NCBI GenBank assembly: GCA_016618085.1
Contig: JABLTG010000021.1
Span: 62,001-126,000, forward strand
Origin: Neovahlkampfia damariscottae
Lineage: Eukaryota
Direction of reading: 5' to 3'
DNA: 64,000 bases
This document shows, in pieces, positions 49,104 through 59,866 of this stretch. The notes below the pieces were generated by a model. The model was not told the DNA's origin. It did not search any database and was given only the letters and a program-made list of their open reading frames with translations. Position numbers and translations under genes: made by a program. Within the stretch, counting starts at the first letter, position 1. Every line of letters begins with the position of its first letter.

Positions 49104-50590
49104 TTATTCAATGTTTTCTCTCTGCTTTTCAATTTCAAATGAAACCTTCTTTTTTCTTGGTTGGTGAGAGGTATTTTTTTCAACCTTTGTTGAACCTACA
49201 AATTCAAAATCAAAAGAAATCTTTTCATTAACAAATGAAAATGCTGTTCCAAATGAAGGTGTCTCTGGTGTTTTTTTCTTTTGATTCATCAATCCTGGTA
49301 TTTGTAATTTTTTATCTTTCAATTCGAGAACAGGATACAAGGATGAAATATTCATATTATGGAGGTATTTTGGTGAAAAATAAAAATTTGATGAAATGTC
49401 GATTTCATACTTGAAGTTCTTCATGAAATGTTAATGAACCAAACAAAAAAATACTTTCAAATAGCTTTCAAATCTGTTTAAAATATCTTCTTTTTCATCA
49501 TTTAAATGTTCAAAATTTTTAAATTTTTCATATATCTTGTTTAAATCGATGATTGATTTTTTGATAATTTCAACAGATTGTTGTTCTTTTTTGATTTTTT
49601 TAGCTGGAAAAAAATTGAAATAAATGATTATAATTACTGTTTTTCAATGAAATATCATTCAATTGTTTCAAAGAATTTAGTTTTTCTTCTTGTAATTTCT
49701 TGAAAAAATTATCATAACTTTGATGAATTGTTTCGGTCAATATCATTTTATTTTTTATTATTCTATCTTCTTTTCCAAGTAAAACTACACTAATTTCTTC
49801 CATTTTATCCAATAACTCTGTAAATTTTGTTGCAGCTTTTGATTCAACCAATTCTGATTTGTCAATGGAAATATTGAATTGCTTTCTTTCATGTAATTTT
49901 CTTCTTGGGATTCTATCATGTTTTTCAATACAACTTTTACAATAATAACCACATAATTTACATTCAACTACAGCCAAAATTCCACATTCATCTGAAGAAA
50001 AAAATTCAACAAAAAAAAATCTTTTAAATAGTACCACAAATTGGATCTCCCAATAATATAGTTTTCAAATTATCCTTTGAAATCGGTGTAAAACATTTTG
50101 GACAGCTTTCTTTTTTTGTTAATTTTTTTTTTTTACCTTGATCTTCTGAACAACCTTCACACAATAAATGAAGACAAGGAGCTATTTTGAAACTAAAATT
50201 TTCTTTTTCACAGTTTGAACAAATTGTTTGTGAAGGAATTAAAACACCTTCAGAAATTGAGATATTGTCACTAGGTGTGATAAATGTATCTTCTTTCACA
50301 AAGCTCTCTTTTTGAGTCATTGTTGTAGCCATATCATGTTCAACCTCTTCTTTTTCAGATTTTTGGGACAAGAAGGTTGGAAGTGTATTAATACTTATAT
50401 TATCTACTGATTGATTTTCAATTTTGAGATCAAATTCTTCTGATATTTCAGGATTCAAATTAAAAGTTGATGTTCCTGTAATGAGAGTTAGAAACATTTT
50501 CAAATTACCATCATCATGATATGAACTATCATCAAAATCACAAAGTACAGAAAAATTTGTTTCCTTTTCCTCAAATCCTTTTCTTAGCAT
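49104..50590 (-). CDS. RING + B-box + coiled-coil (TRIM-like) protein, multi-exon
   Basis: C3HC4 CSNC..PCLHLLCEGC..CPKC; B-box CDEC..CKLC..CKSC..H..H after splicing. Confidence 0.75.
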
Positions 50591-50720
50591 TATGTTTTTT
50601 TTTCTAAACCTTTGTTCTGATTGGTTGTTTTGATGGTGGAATTTAAGAATATTTCTTTGTTTTTGTTTTCTATTTAAAAAGATATTTCATTCCCAAATTG
50701 AGTTGATTGGATGAATAGAA

Positions 50721-51812
50721 ATGGGAAACTCATTGGAAACAGAGACTGAAGAAGTAGTTGATGATTTTATTGAGTCAAAAACAGACAAAACATTCACAAA
50801 ACAAACAAAAATAACACTTGGAAATGAAGATGCTGATTACTTTTACTTCTGTGAACATGAAGTGCCAGATGAAATTTTTATCGAAATTTGTGGACACTTT
50901 TCACTAAAAGAATTAATGGTAATGAGCCGAGTTTCAAAAATGTGGTATCTTGTTTCATGGAAATACCTTTACTGTTTGTCAATTTCTTCAGAATTCTCAA
51001 CACAGCTACAATTAATCACAAATGAAAAACTTGTCTCCATGTTGCATAAATGTGATGATTTGAAAATTTTACATTTACGAGCATGTAAAAAATTAACAGA
51101 TATAAATATTGTTCATGAAAATCATCCAAACTTAATTGAACTTGATTTGTCAAATTGTCACACAAAACACTTGAGTGGATTATCAAAAGTTTTAAGTAAA
51201 TGTGTAAATTTAAAACGATTAAATCTATCATCATGTAGACTTATAAAGACAGATTTTGAATATTACAACTGTAAAAAATTGAAAGAATTGAAAATTCGGA
51301 ATATTTCGACTGATGAATTTGATGATCAAATTTTGTCAAATATTATCAAAGTTTCACCGAATATTCAACATTTAGACTTATTTAATACTTTAAATATATA
51401 TGATTTTTCATTTTTGAATCATTTGAAATTCTTAAAATATTTAAATTTGTCAAAAATGAATGAAAGAAAATTCACTGATATTGAATTTCCAGTTTCATTG
51501 GAACATTTGCTTTTATATAAATTCAGGCCATTATTTCCTGAAAAATGGAAACTTCAAATCCTTATGCAACCTCATCTGAAGAGATTAGACATCACAGAAA
51601 CATCAATCAACAAAATTCTCAAAATTGAAGATTTAGGAAAACACTGTCCAGAAATTGAAGAATTAAGTATTCAGGATGTAACTCTTACTTCATTTACTGT
51701 TGAGAAACTTCCGGAATTTTTTCAAAAAATCAAAAGATTAGAATACTCTGTCGCAGAATCACAAAGCATAACTTTCACTCAAGGTGTAAAAATATTTCAA
51801 CAAAATCTTTAA
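50721..51812 (+). CDS. F-box/LRR protein, possibly N-myristoylated
   Basis: MGNS start; VPDEIFIEICGHF..MSRVSKMW; Cys-containing LRRs. Confidence 0.85.
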   Translation: MGNSLETETEEVVDDFIESKTDKTFTKQTKITLGNEDADYFYFCEHEVPDEIFIEICGHFSLKELMVMSRVSKMWYLVSWKYLYCLSISSEFSTQLQLITNEKLVSMLHKCDDLKILHLRACKKLTDINIVHENHPNLIELDLSNCHTKHLSGLSKVLSKCVNLKRLNLSSCRLIKTDFEYYNCKKLKELKIRNISTDEFDDQILSNIIKVSPNIQHLDLFNTLNIYDFSFLNHLKFLKYLNLSKMNERKFTDIEFPVSLEHLLLYKFRPLFPEKWKLQILMQPHLKRLDITETSINKILKIEDLGKHCPEIEELSIQDVTLTSFTVEKLPEFFQKIKRLEYSVAESQSITFTQGVKIFQQNL

Positions 51813-52136
51813 TATTGATTGAATTTTGATATTGTTCCTTTTTTAATTTCCATTTCTTTTTCTAAATCTTTCATGTCTTGATATAAAATTTTTTGATCTT
51901 TTTTTAAAGATTCAGTTATGTTTTTGTTTGGCATTTGAATGAATAGAGAACCACAATTTACCCAATGTTTTTCAGTTGCTGATTTTTTTTGTACAATTTT
52001 AAGTGCTTCAATATTTTTATCCGTTTTTTCTTTGAAAAAGTCCAACTAGTGATTTGGTTTAGTTTTGTAGTATATTTACCTGTTGTTTATCTTGATATAT
52101 TTCATCAACAAGTTGTTCAATTTGTTGATGGTTCAT
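51809..52136 (-). CDS. PDRG1: Prefoldin-like PDRG1, 2 exons
   Basis: DKQQL..KNIEAL..WVNCGSLFIQMP..LKKDQ. Confidence 0.75.
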
Positions 52137-52235
52137 ATTGTTAACTCCAAAAAAGAATTGACTTTTTGATTGGGTAAATGAAATTGAATACAAATATAAT
52201 CCGGTAAAAATTTTATTTTTTTTCTCTATTTATCA

Positions 52236-52529
52236 TTATATCATGCCAAGGTCGTTGTCTTCCCACATTTCGTTCAAGCATTCGATTACTGTTTCAAGTT
52301 TTATTCGTTTATGAGGTTCAAAACCTTCATTCTCTATCATGTGAGATGCAAGAAGTTTCTGTATATCATATTCTGCACTTTCTATTTGAGTGAGTCGACT
52401 ATCTGATGATTTCTTCGGCATTTGTTTGGTTATTGCGTTTGCATTGAATGAAAGACTCTTTGATTTGTTTTGTTCATTCGACTTGATCGATGCTTGAAAG
52501 TATTGAAATGAAAATGATGGAAAGTTCAT
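52236..52529 (-). CDS. Small tandem-family protein, copy 1 (most divergent)
   Basis: ASHMIENEG..LETVIECLNEMW shared with the three neighbours. Confidence 0.7.
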   Translation of the reverse strand: MNFPSFSFQYFQASIKSNEQNKSKSLSFNANAITKQMPKKSSDSRLTQIESAEYDIQKLLASHMIENEGFEPHKRIKLETVIECLNEMWEDNDLGMI

Positions 52530-52721
52530 TGTACTTTTCTTTGGTTGTTGGTTTTTGAGTATTCAACACTGGAGTTGGTTCTTATTGGCCAACCAATCAA
52601 ATTAATTTGTCTGATTTGGAAACACTTTTTTCCTGATCTAGATTATTTTCAAACAATTTTGGATAAAAAGACCAAAATGAATTTATTGAATTTGGAGTAT
52701 TTCTTGCTTCGTTTTAGTAGT

Positions 52722-53087
52722 TTACAGTATCATAAAATCTGGTTCTTCATCCCATTGTTCATTTAATAATATTATAATCGAATTTAAGTTCACTTTTTTT
52801 TTCGCACAACATCCTTCATTCTCAAGGATTTGTTTAGCCATTTCTTTTTCCAAGATCTCATTTTTATTTTTTTGGAGTCTTTCAGTTTGTGTTTTTTCTA
52901 ACAACGGTTCGGAATTATATTTTTTTAATGTTATTGTTTCAATGGTGTTCTTCTTCTGCTGTTCTATCAATGAATTTCTATGTCTTGCTTTCTTCTCTCT
53001 GTATTTTCTGAATTCTGTGAACGAAGAGAACTGTTGAGTTGATGTGTGTGAACTGTTCATGAGTAATAGTCTTTTTGACTTTTGCAT
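52722..53087 (-). CDS. Small tandem-family protein, copy 2
   Basis: FSSFTEFRK, SEP, AKQILENEG, LNEQWDEEPDFMIL. Confidence 0.8.
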   Translation of the reverse strand: MQKSKRLLLMNSSHTSTQQFSSFTEFRKYREKKARHRNSLIEQQKKNTIETITLKKYNSEPLLEKTQTERLQKNKNEILEKEMAKQILENEGCCAKKKVNLNSIIILLNEQWDEEPDFMIL

Positions 53088-53404
53088 TTCATTGGTCAGG
53101 AAGTTTAATTTAAAAAGGGAAATTCACCAATCAGGGATGTTTACCTTCTTAAATTGGTGAATTTGAATTTTGCTTCCAATCGATTTCCACAAAATTATAC
53201 CTCCTAATACTCCTAAACTCCTATAAAATCCATAAATTTTCCGTGAGAAAAAAATTATTTCTTGAAAATCCAATAATCAACAATTTATTCATAATTAAAC
53301 AAGTAACCAATTTTTAATGTTTCAAAACTGCAAAAAAAAATTTTTATTCAAATTATATTCGGAATATTCATGAATAATTATTTATATTCATAACCTTACT
53401 GTGT

Positions 53405-53722
53405 TCATAAAACAACAAGATTTTTTTCCTTTTCCCATTCTTCGCAGAGAACTGAAATAATGGAATCTAAATTAACTTTTTTTCCTGCTTTGTGACCTTC
53501 ATTTTCAATGATTAGTGTTGCTATTTTTTTTTCTTTATCAAAGAAAGTATTTTCATCATGATTTCTCTCGATAATAGGTTCTGAAACTTGTCTTCGGATT
53601 ATATTTTCGTGTGAGGTTGAGCTTCTTTTGTCTCTCATGGAATTGAATCTCTTGAGAGCTTCTCGTTTTTCCTTCTCTTTCTCTCTGTGTTTTCGAAACT
53701 CTGTGAAGGATGAGAAATTCAT
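53405..53722 (-). CDS. Small tandem-family protein, copy 3
   Basis: FSSFTEFRKHRE, RQVSEP, IENEG, LCEEW. Confidence 0.8.
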   Translation of the reverse strand: MNFSSFTEFRKHREKEKEKREALKRFNSMRDKRSSTSHENIIRRQVSEPIIERNHDENTFFDKEKKIATLIIENEGHKAGKKVNLDSIISVLCEEWEKEKNLVVL

Positions 53723-53901
53723 ATTGGTGACAATTTTTTTGACAAGAATACAAGAAACTGATTGGTTCGGTTGTTCTTTCCATAAATAACAATTCTTCTT
53801 CTAAAAGACCTTCCAAATGTTTTTATTGGTTTTCATTATTTTTAGAGAATTTTCAACTGCTGTCAAACAGTTCAATAATAAATAAATCACTTCTGATTCC
53901 A

Positions 53902-54228
53902 TCACAGAAGAACAAAATCTGGTTCTTCATCCCACTCCTCGTTGAGTATTAAAATTACAGCGTCCAAACTCACAGATTTAGTCGGGCTGAAGCCTTGATT
54001 TTCCATAATCTGTTTTGCTCTTTCTTTTTCCCTTTCCTCTTCAGTTTTCTCAGCCTTTATTTGTTTGATAATTGGTTCTGAAATGAGTCTCTTATTAACT
54101 TGTTGGAATTCAGGCCCCACTACATCTAAAGAAGCTGATCTCAAAGTCTTCATCTTTTTCTCCTCTCTGTGCTTTCTGAACTCAGAAAAACTTGAAAATA
54201 CTTTTGTGTACGTCTCTATTCTTTTCAT
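53902..54228 (-). CDS. Small tandem-family protein, copy 4
   Basis: FSSFSEFRKHRE, RLISEP, MENQG, LNEEWDEEPDFVLL. Confidence 0.8.
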   Translation of the reverse strand: MKRIETYTKVFSSFSEFRKHREEKKMKTLRSASLDVVGPEFQQVNKRLISEPIIKQIKAEKTEEEREKERAKQIMENQGFSPTKSVSLDAVILILNEEWDEEPDFVLL

Positions 54229-54314
54229 CTGTCAGAGTGAAAAGTGAGGGAAGTCGCAATTGGTCTAAACAATAAAATCTAGACGATAAATCAGGATAAA
54301 AACACGAAATTTCC

Positions 54315-54431
54315 GAATCTGGGTTTATTTTTGAAATAGTTGGAAAACTGTATTGGAGCATGTGACAAACTGTTTCTTTGCTCCTAATTAAGTGATGTTT
54401 TTCTTGTCTAAAAACAAGTAAACCCAAATTC
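54315..54431. other. Long imperfect inverted repeat (hairpin) in intergenic DNA
   Basis: gaatctgggtttattt pairs with aagtaaacccaaattc; inner ggagca/tgctcc stem. Confidence 0.45.
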
Positions 54432-54668
54432 ATGTTTCACCGATAAAGTAATTCTCTGTGACTACTTACTTTCAGCTTATTCTTTGTTATTTTATAATTT
54501 TAAAACATTTGTTGATGTAATTTCTGCATCATCACTCTTCAAAATATTAAACCATCTTTGGAAAACTAAACTTGTTTTTGTTGAATCAGTTGGTAATTGA
54601 ATTGTTAAAGGTGTGAGCAATAATGATTGGACAACTGATTTTGGTGTTAGATTTTTATCAACACAAAA

Positions 54669-55243
54669 ATGATTACCTCAACACTTCTGTCTGAAAAAGA
54701 GCACTTAATTGAAATTGGAGATAAAGCAGTGTGGTCTTTAACTTCAGTAAAACCAGGAAACGGTGTCGAAAAACTCAGAGACGACAATCTTGATACATTT
54801 TGGCAAAGTGATGGTAAAAAAAACTCAATTTAAAAAAAAAGGTGTTCAACCACATAAAATAACAATACAATTCCATAAAATTGTAAAAATTCAAGAAATA
54901 GCAATTTATGTTGACCTAAAACATGATGAAAGTTATACACCAAAAGAATTGTTAATAAAAGGTGGTTATGATTTAAAAGATTTGAAAGATATTATAACTT
55001 ATAATGTTTCAAGTCCAGATGGTTGGCAAAGAATAAAATTTGAAAAAAGTTCAAGTTCAGGTGAAAAAAAAAAAAAAAATTTAACAATCAACAGATTACC
55101 TTCAATATAATGTGATTCAAATTGTAATTATAAAAAATTTTCAAAATGGAAGAGATACTCATTTGAGACAAATTAAAATTTTTGGACCTCAAAAAAGTGA
55201 ATTTAAAACAAAAACATTTCAAACTTTTTCAGACTTGAGATAA
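54669..55243 (+). CDS. ANAPC10: Anaphase-promoting complex subunit 10 (Doc1), 3 exons
   Basis: [58 protein letters not shown]. Confidence 0.95.
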
Positions 55244-55275
55244 GAACAATAAACCACAAAAGAAACTTTTTTTAA

Positions 55276-57568
55276 TTAAAAATTTTCTTTAAAGAATGCA
55301 AAATATGGTTTTCCAAGTTTACTTTCTTTTGCAGAAGCAGTTTTTAATTGTTTTCCAATAGCAGGAGCTCCACAAAAGAAAACACCAACTTTTGGTCTTT
55401 TCTTTGCATCATTTGGTGTCATTTCTGTTACTTGTAATCTTACATTTTTGAATTCTTCACTCCATACTGGTCTACCAAAATGTCTTCCTTTACCTTCGAC
55501 TAATCCTGTTGAAACATCTAAAACTGAAATATTGGTTGACGGGAAAAATCCTTCTTCTTTTGTTGTTTGATTAATACCTCTCCACCATCCACTAGAATCT
55601 TTTTCAGTAACAAGAACTGACTCTCCTACAATCAAGTCAATTTCATCAGTGGATTGGGCTTCATAATTTGAAACAACCACACCAACTACTTCGATATTCT
55701 AAAGAGAATTAATTTCTAATTTTTTTTTTTTTTACTTTTGTTTTATCAGTATATTCTGTACTTTGGAAGAAAATTTTTTTAATTTTTTCAGCTTCAAGAG
55801 CACCTGTCAAAAAAGTATGGAATTCAAAAAAATCTGGATGAATTGTTTCTGCTTCAGCCAAAAATTCAGAAAACCAAGCAAAAGATCCAGTATCTCTGTT
55901 TGTCCAATAAAACCAACATTTCTTGATCTTCATTGGTTGACCTGTATCTTTTCTATGTTTAATTTGACGAAGTAAAGAAGCGTATGGTGTTACACCAATA
56001 CCAGCAGCACATAACATAACGTATTCATACTCAAAGACATAATCTGTTTGTTAAATTTTTTTTTGTTTAAAAAGTTACCTGCGGATGTACCAAATGGTCC
56101 ATCAATTCTTAATAATCTTGTTTTTCCATCCGGTCCATAAGGTTTATCAATAACTAATGTTTCTTTTCTTGTTGGATTGACTAATAAAGAAAGTTATGTT
56201 AAATGTTTTTTTTAATTTTTTACAAGTATCCATCAAAGCTTTAGTCCAATCTCCTACCACACGAATATGAAAAGTTAAATATTCTTGATCTGGAGAACTT
56301 GAAATTGTCTTTAAAAAAAGTTATTTTTTTTTTAAATTTACAAAAGGATGCCATTCTTGTCTTGAAATTAAAGGAGCATTCAAAAAGCAATATTGACCCG
56401 CTTTATAAATAAAGGTTGGTTTTTCTAATTCTAAAAATAAAACATCTCCTTTCAAAGCATGAACTCTTTTCACAATTGTTGGAGTTGAACCTCTGACCAA
56501 TCTGAAAACTCTTTCTAAAATATAAAAGAAACCAGCAGGAAGTAACCAAAGCCTAAAATAATAAATATTAAAAAAAAACCAAAAAAAAAAACCAAAAAGT
56601 TTTTCCATGAATCAATAAAAGTGTGTAAAAAATAATGAACAAATGATGCACAGACCAAAAAACTGTAAAATTACTTTTTTTTTTAGAAATGAATTAGAAA
56701 ATGAAACATCTTACTTTGTTCTTCTGTATTCTTTCATTGAAGCAGCGTACATGATAAACATAATAATTGTAATAGCATGGCCAGTTGCTCCGTATTTATT
56801 CAAAAACATAGCTTCCCATGATGAATAAAATATATTTCCTGGTTGTCTATTATTTGGGTTTGGATCATAAATCCATCTTTTTTTTTTTTTAATTTTTTTT
56901 TTTTTTGACTTACGAACAACAACTATATGAAAAATAATGACCGGCACTGAAAAAGTTTTTAAAATATAAATAACTTACGCATGTAAAGCAACAGCAAATG
57001 CAATAACTGTCGCAACCAATCTGTGAAAAACAAGATTTTTATCTAAAGGTATAATTTTGTTGAATTTTAATGAAATTAAACTTAAAAATGTTGGTTTTTT
57101 TTGTTTGATCTTACATATTCAAAAGTGTCCTCATTGTAGGATATAAAATAATTGCACCTTTCAACTGTCAAAAAAAAAAAATAATTACAATTTCCGTTAA
57201 GCATTTGACCGCCCTATGTTGAAATAAAATAAACTTTTTTGAATATTCTTCTTACAATTCTAGCAGGAATGACCCACCAATTGAAAGCTTTTCTTGAAAT
57301 TTCCCAGTAAATAATAATCGGGTAAGTGATTAAAGCCATATTAAAAAGAATATAGAAAGCCATGAAAAGAATTTTTCTCCAGTTATTATCTATATAATTT
57401 CTTCTTTCATCTGGATCTATGATTCTTCTTTTCCAAACACCGAATGTTTGCCTTTTGATGAATATTGTTATTTTTTTTTGCTTACTTTATCCAGATGAAT
57501 GGTGATTTTATTAATCGTGTGAACCATTTGCAAATACTTGAGTGGAGAATCCTTGTACCTACACCCAT
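55276..57568 (-). CDS. NADPH oxidase (gp91phox/NOX family, no EF hands) with an internal SH3 domain, 13 exons
   Basis: Heme His pairs FHRLVA..LHAAGH and VHHLF..IHG; FAD motif WHPFTISS; IDGPFG; AGIGVTP; VFFCG; terminal KENF; 12 GT-AG introns spliced by hand. Confidence 0.92.
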
Positions 57569-57934
57569 TGTTGAGTCGAAAAAATGGTTCGTTCAAACTG
57601 ATTGGTTAATGTTCTGATTGGACAAATAAAAACGCATCGGAGAATTAATTTGACTCCGCCAACGAAAAACAAATTACCAGTTTCGGAGCATCTTCAAATA
57701 AAGAAATATTTCTTAACAAACAAAATGATATTTTAAAGTCATGTTTTTACACAACCAAATTTTTTTCTTAAATGAATGGCACAACCTTTAATAGAAAACT
57801 AGTATTCCCAAGGTGCAAGCTGAATTCGATCTTATTGAAATTTGATTTAAATAGAAGTATTGCTATAAAATTACCGATGTTTTGAAGTTGTTTAAAATTT
57901 GATTTTCAAACTTATGACGAAACAAAAAATCCTT

Positions 57935-59800
57935 TTATTGAATCATGCAATTTTCTTGAGCATCTTCCAAATTACTTAAAAATGGAGATTCATTATTCTT
58001 CTTTCCTTTATCATTTTCATCAAAATAAACAAGATTTTGGATGTCTTCGATTCCTCCTCCTTCTTCATAAAGTGATGAACAATTTTTTGAAACAGAATTC
58101 ATTAAATGATTCAAAAAAGAAAATTCTGCATCATATCCAAGAATAGTGTGTCTTTTACATTTAGATGCTTGATAATTTTCAGAGAAATCTTCAATTTCAT
58201 TCCATTTTTCATCTGAAATTTTCTTTACAAAAAATGAAGGTTTTTGTTTGACATCGTACACCAACAATGATAAACTTGGATCAACTTCTGAAGCATGATA
58301 ATGAAGTGCAGAAATTGACTCCAAAGGAACAACAATTTTATAATGATTTGATTCTTTGAATTTCTTTAATGATTCATTCAAGAATTCAATACAATCTTCT
58401 TTGTTTGTAGATTTCTTTTTTTCAACTTTGAAATCAAACATGTGATAGATGATTTCTTTGTTTATTGGATCGACTTTAAATCTAAATTGAGCTTTAAAAT
58501 CACCTGATGTTGACCATGTTCCAATATTCAATCTTAACAAATCACCTCCAAAAACTTTCCATTCATTCTTTGAATCTTTAAGATCTTTGTCTTCGGAGAA
58601 TTCATAATCTTCATCATCTTTCCATTCTTTAATATCTTTTTTTGATTTTAATAAACTTTCAATTTTCATTTCAATTTCTTTTGTTATTTCTGGATTGAAA
58701 TCTTCAAATTCAGTTGCTTCTTTTAATACTTCAACAAGATCACGGTGATCAGGTGCAGCAGGATCTGAAATTGCAGCCAATTGTTTCATAACTGGATTAG
58801 TTGTGAATAATAAATCTTTAACAATTGCTGAACTTGAATTTCTAAATGTTGTGAAATACAAAGTATGAAGATCAAGTTCTTGATAAACTTCAGACCAAAA
58901 TGGCATGAAATCTTCATGTGAAATAGTTTGGCCACTAGTTCCAATTGAGCCAGAAAAATCGACATTTTCTTCATCTTCGTATTCTTCATCGTCTTCTGGT
59001 TGTTCAGGATCAAAATCTTCATCATCTTCTTCATCATATTCATCTTCAAGAAGACTTTCTAATTTTTGTTTTTTTGATTTAGGTTCTTCAACAGATGTGA
59101 TTGTTTCTTCAATTTCTTCTTCTTCATCCTCTTCTTCATCCTCTTCGTCTGATTCTTCAATGATACCCTCAAAATCTAATGGAACTGGGTTTTTATGAGC
59201 TAAATAATTTGCTTTGAAGTATAGATCTAAATCAAAGTAAATAGATTCTAAATCTTCTTTTAAATCATCTTCTGTGAGTTCTTTGAAACCACATTCTCTT
59301 TTATGCTTGTAAAATTCAAAAGAAATATCTTCATATTCATCATCTTCTTCAACAATAAAAAACCTGACGTTCTTTTCATTCTTTGATTCTTCAAAGAGAT
59401 TATTTTGAAAAAACTGTTTGATTTTTGGATTTGAATTTTCAGGAAAATAAGCAAAAACATATAAAAAATTCATGTCTTGTTTGATTGTTTCTTTAACTTT
59501 ATCTTTTTTTAATGAAAAAACTTTTGGTCGTAATCCTTTACAGTTTGTTGAGCAACCGCAATCACAATAAAAATCTGAGTTATTTTCTTCACTTAAATCA
59601 TGATTTTCATGACATTTTAATTTACAAAATTCACAGCAATAAGTGTTACATGTTTTGCATTCAAACCAGATTTGTTTTGTAAATTCTGGTCCTGTTTCTG
59701 AATAAGTACAGTTTGTTATTTTTAGTTTTGTTTGTTGTTTCATTTTTGTTTGTAGTATTACTTCTTCGTCTGTTTCTTTTGGTAACTTGAAGAAAAACAT
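57935..59800 (-). CDS. UBR-box zinc finger protein with acidic central region
   Basis: CTY..TG..FTKQIWFECKTC..CCEFC..CH..H..FYCDCG. Confidence 0.8.
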   Translation of the reverse strand: MFFFKLPKETDEEVILQTKMKQQTKLKITNCTYSETGPEFTKQIWFECKTCNTYCCEFCKLKCHENHDLSEENNSDFYCDCGCSTNCKGLRPKVFSLKKDKVKETIKQDMNFLYVFAYFPENSNPKIKQFFQNNLFEESKNEKNVRFFIVEEDDEYEDISFEFYKHKRECGFKELTEDDLKEDLESIYFDLDLYFKANYLAHKNPVPLDFEGIIEESDEEDEEEDEEEEIEETITSVEEPKSKKQKLESLLEDEYDEEDDEDFDPEQPEDDEEYEDEENVDFSGSIGTSGQTISHEDFMPFWSEVYQELDLHTLYFTTFRNSSSAIVKDLLFTTNPVMKQLAAISDPAAPDHRDLVEVLKEATEFEDFNPEITKEIEMKIESLLKSKKDIKEWKDDEDYEFSEDKDLKDSKNEWKVFGGDLLRLNIGTWSTSGDFKAQFRFKVDPINKEIIYHMFDFKVEKKKSTNKEDCIEFLNESLKKFKESNHYKIVVPLESISALHYHASEVDPSLSLLVYDVKQKPSFFVKKISDEKWNEIEDFSENYQASKCKRHTILGYDAEFSFLNHLMNSVSKNCSSLYEEGGGIEDIQNLVYFDENDKGKKNNESPFLSNLEDAQENCMIQ

Positions 59801-59866
59801 GCGTTGAAAAATTGCGCCAAGAATCCTATTGGTTTAAACCCACCAATAAAATTTTTACAAAAGTTT

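Noticed and set aside
54494..54670. Minus-strand stop-free stretch of about 60 codons upstream of APC10
   Set aside because: No ATG or recognisable motif, and it overlaps the APC10 promoter
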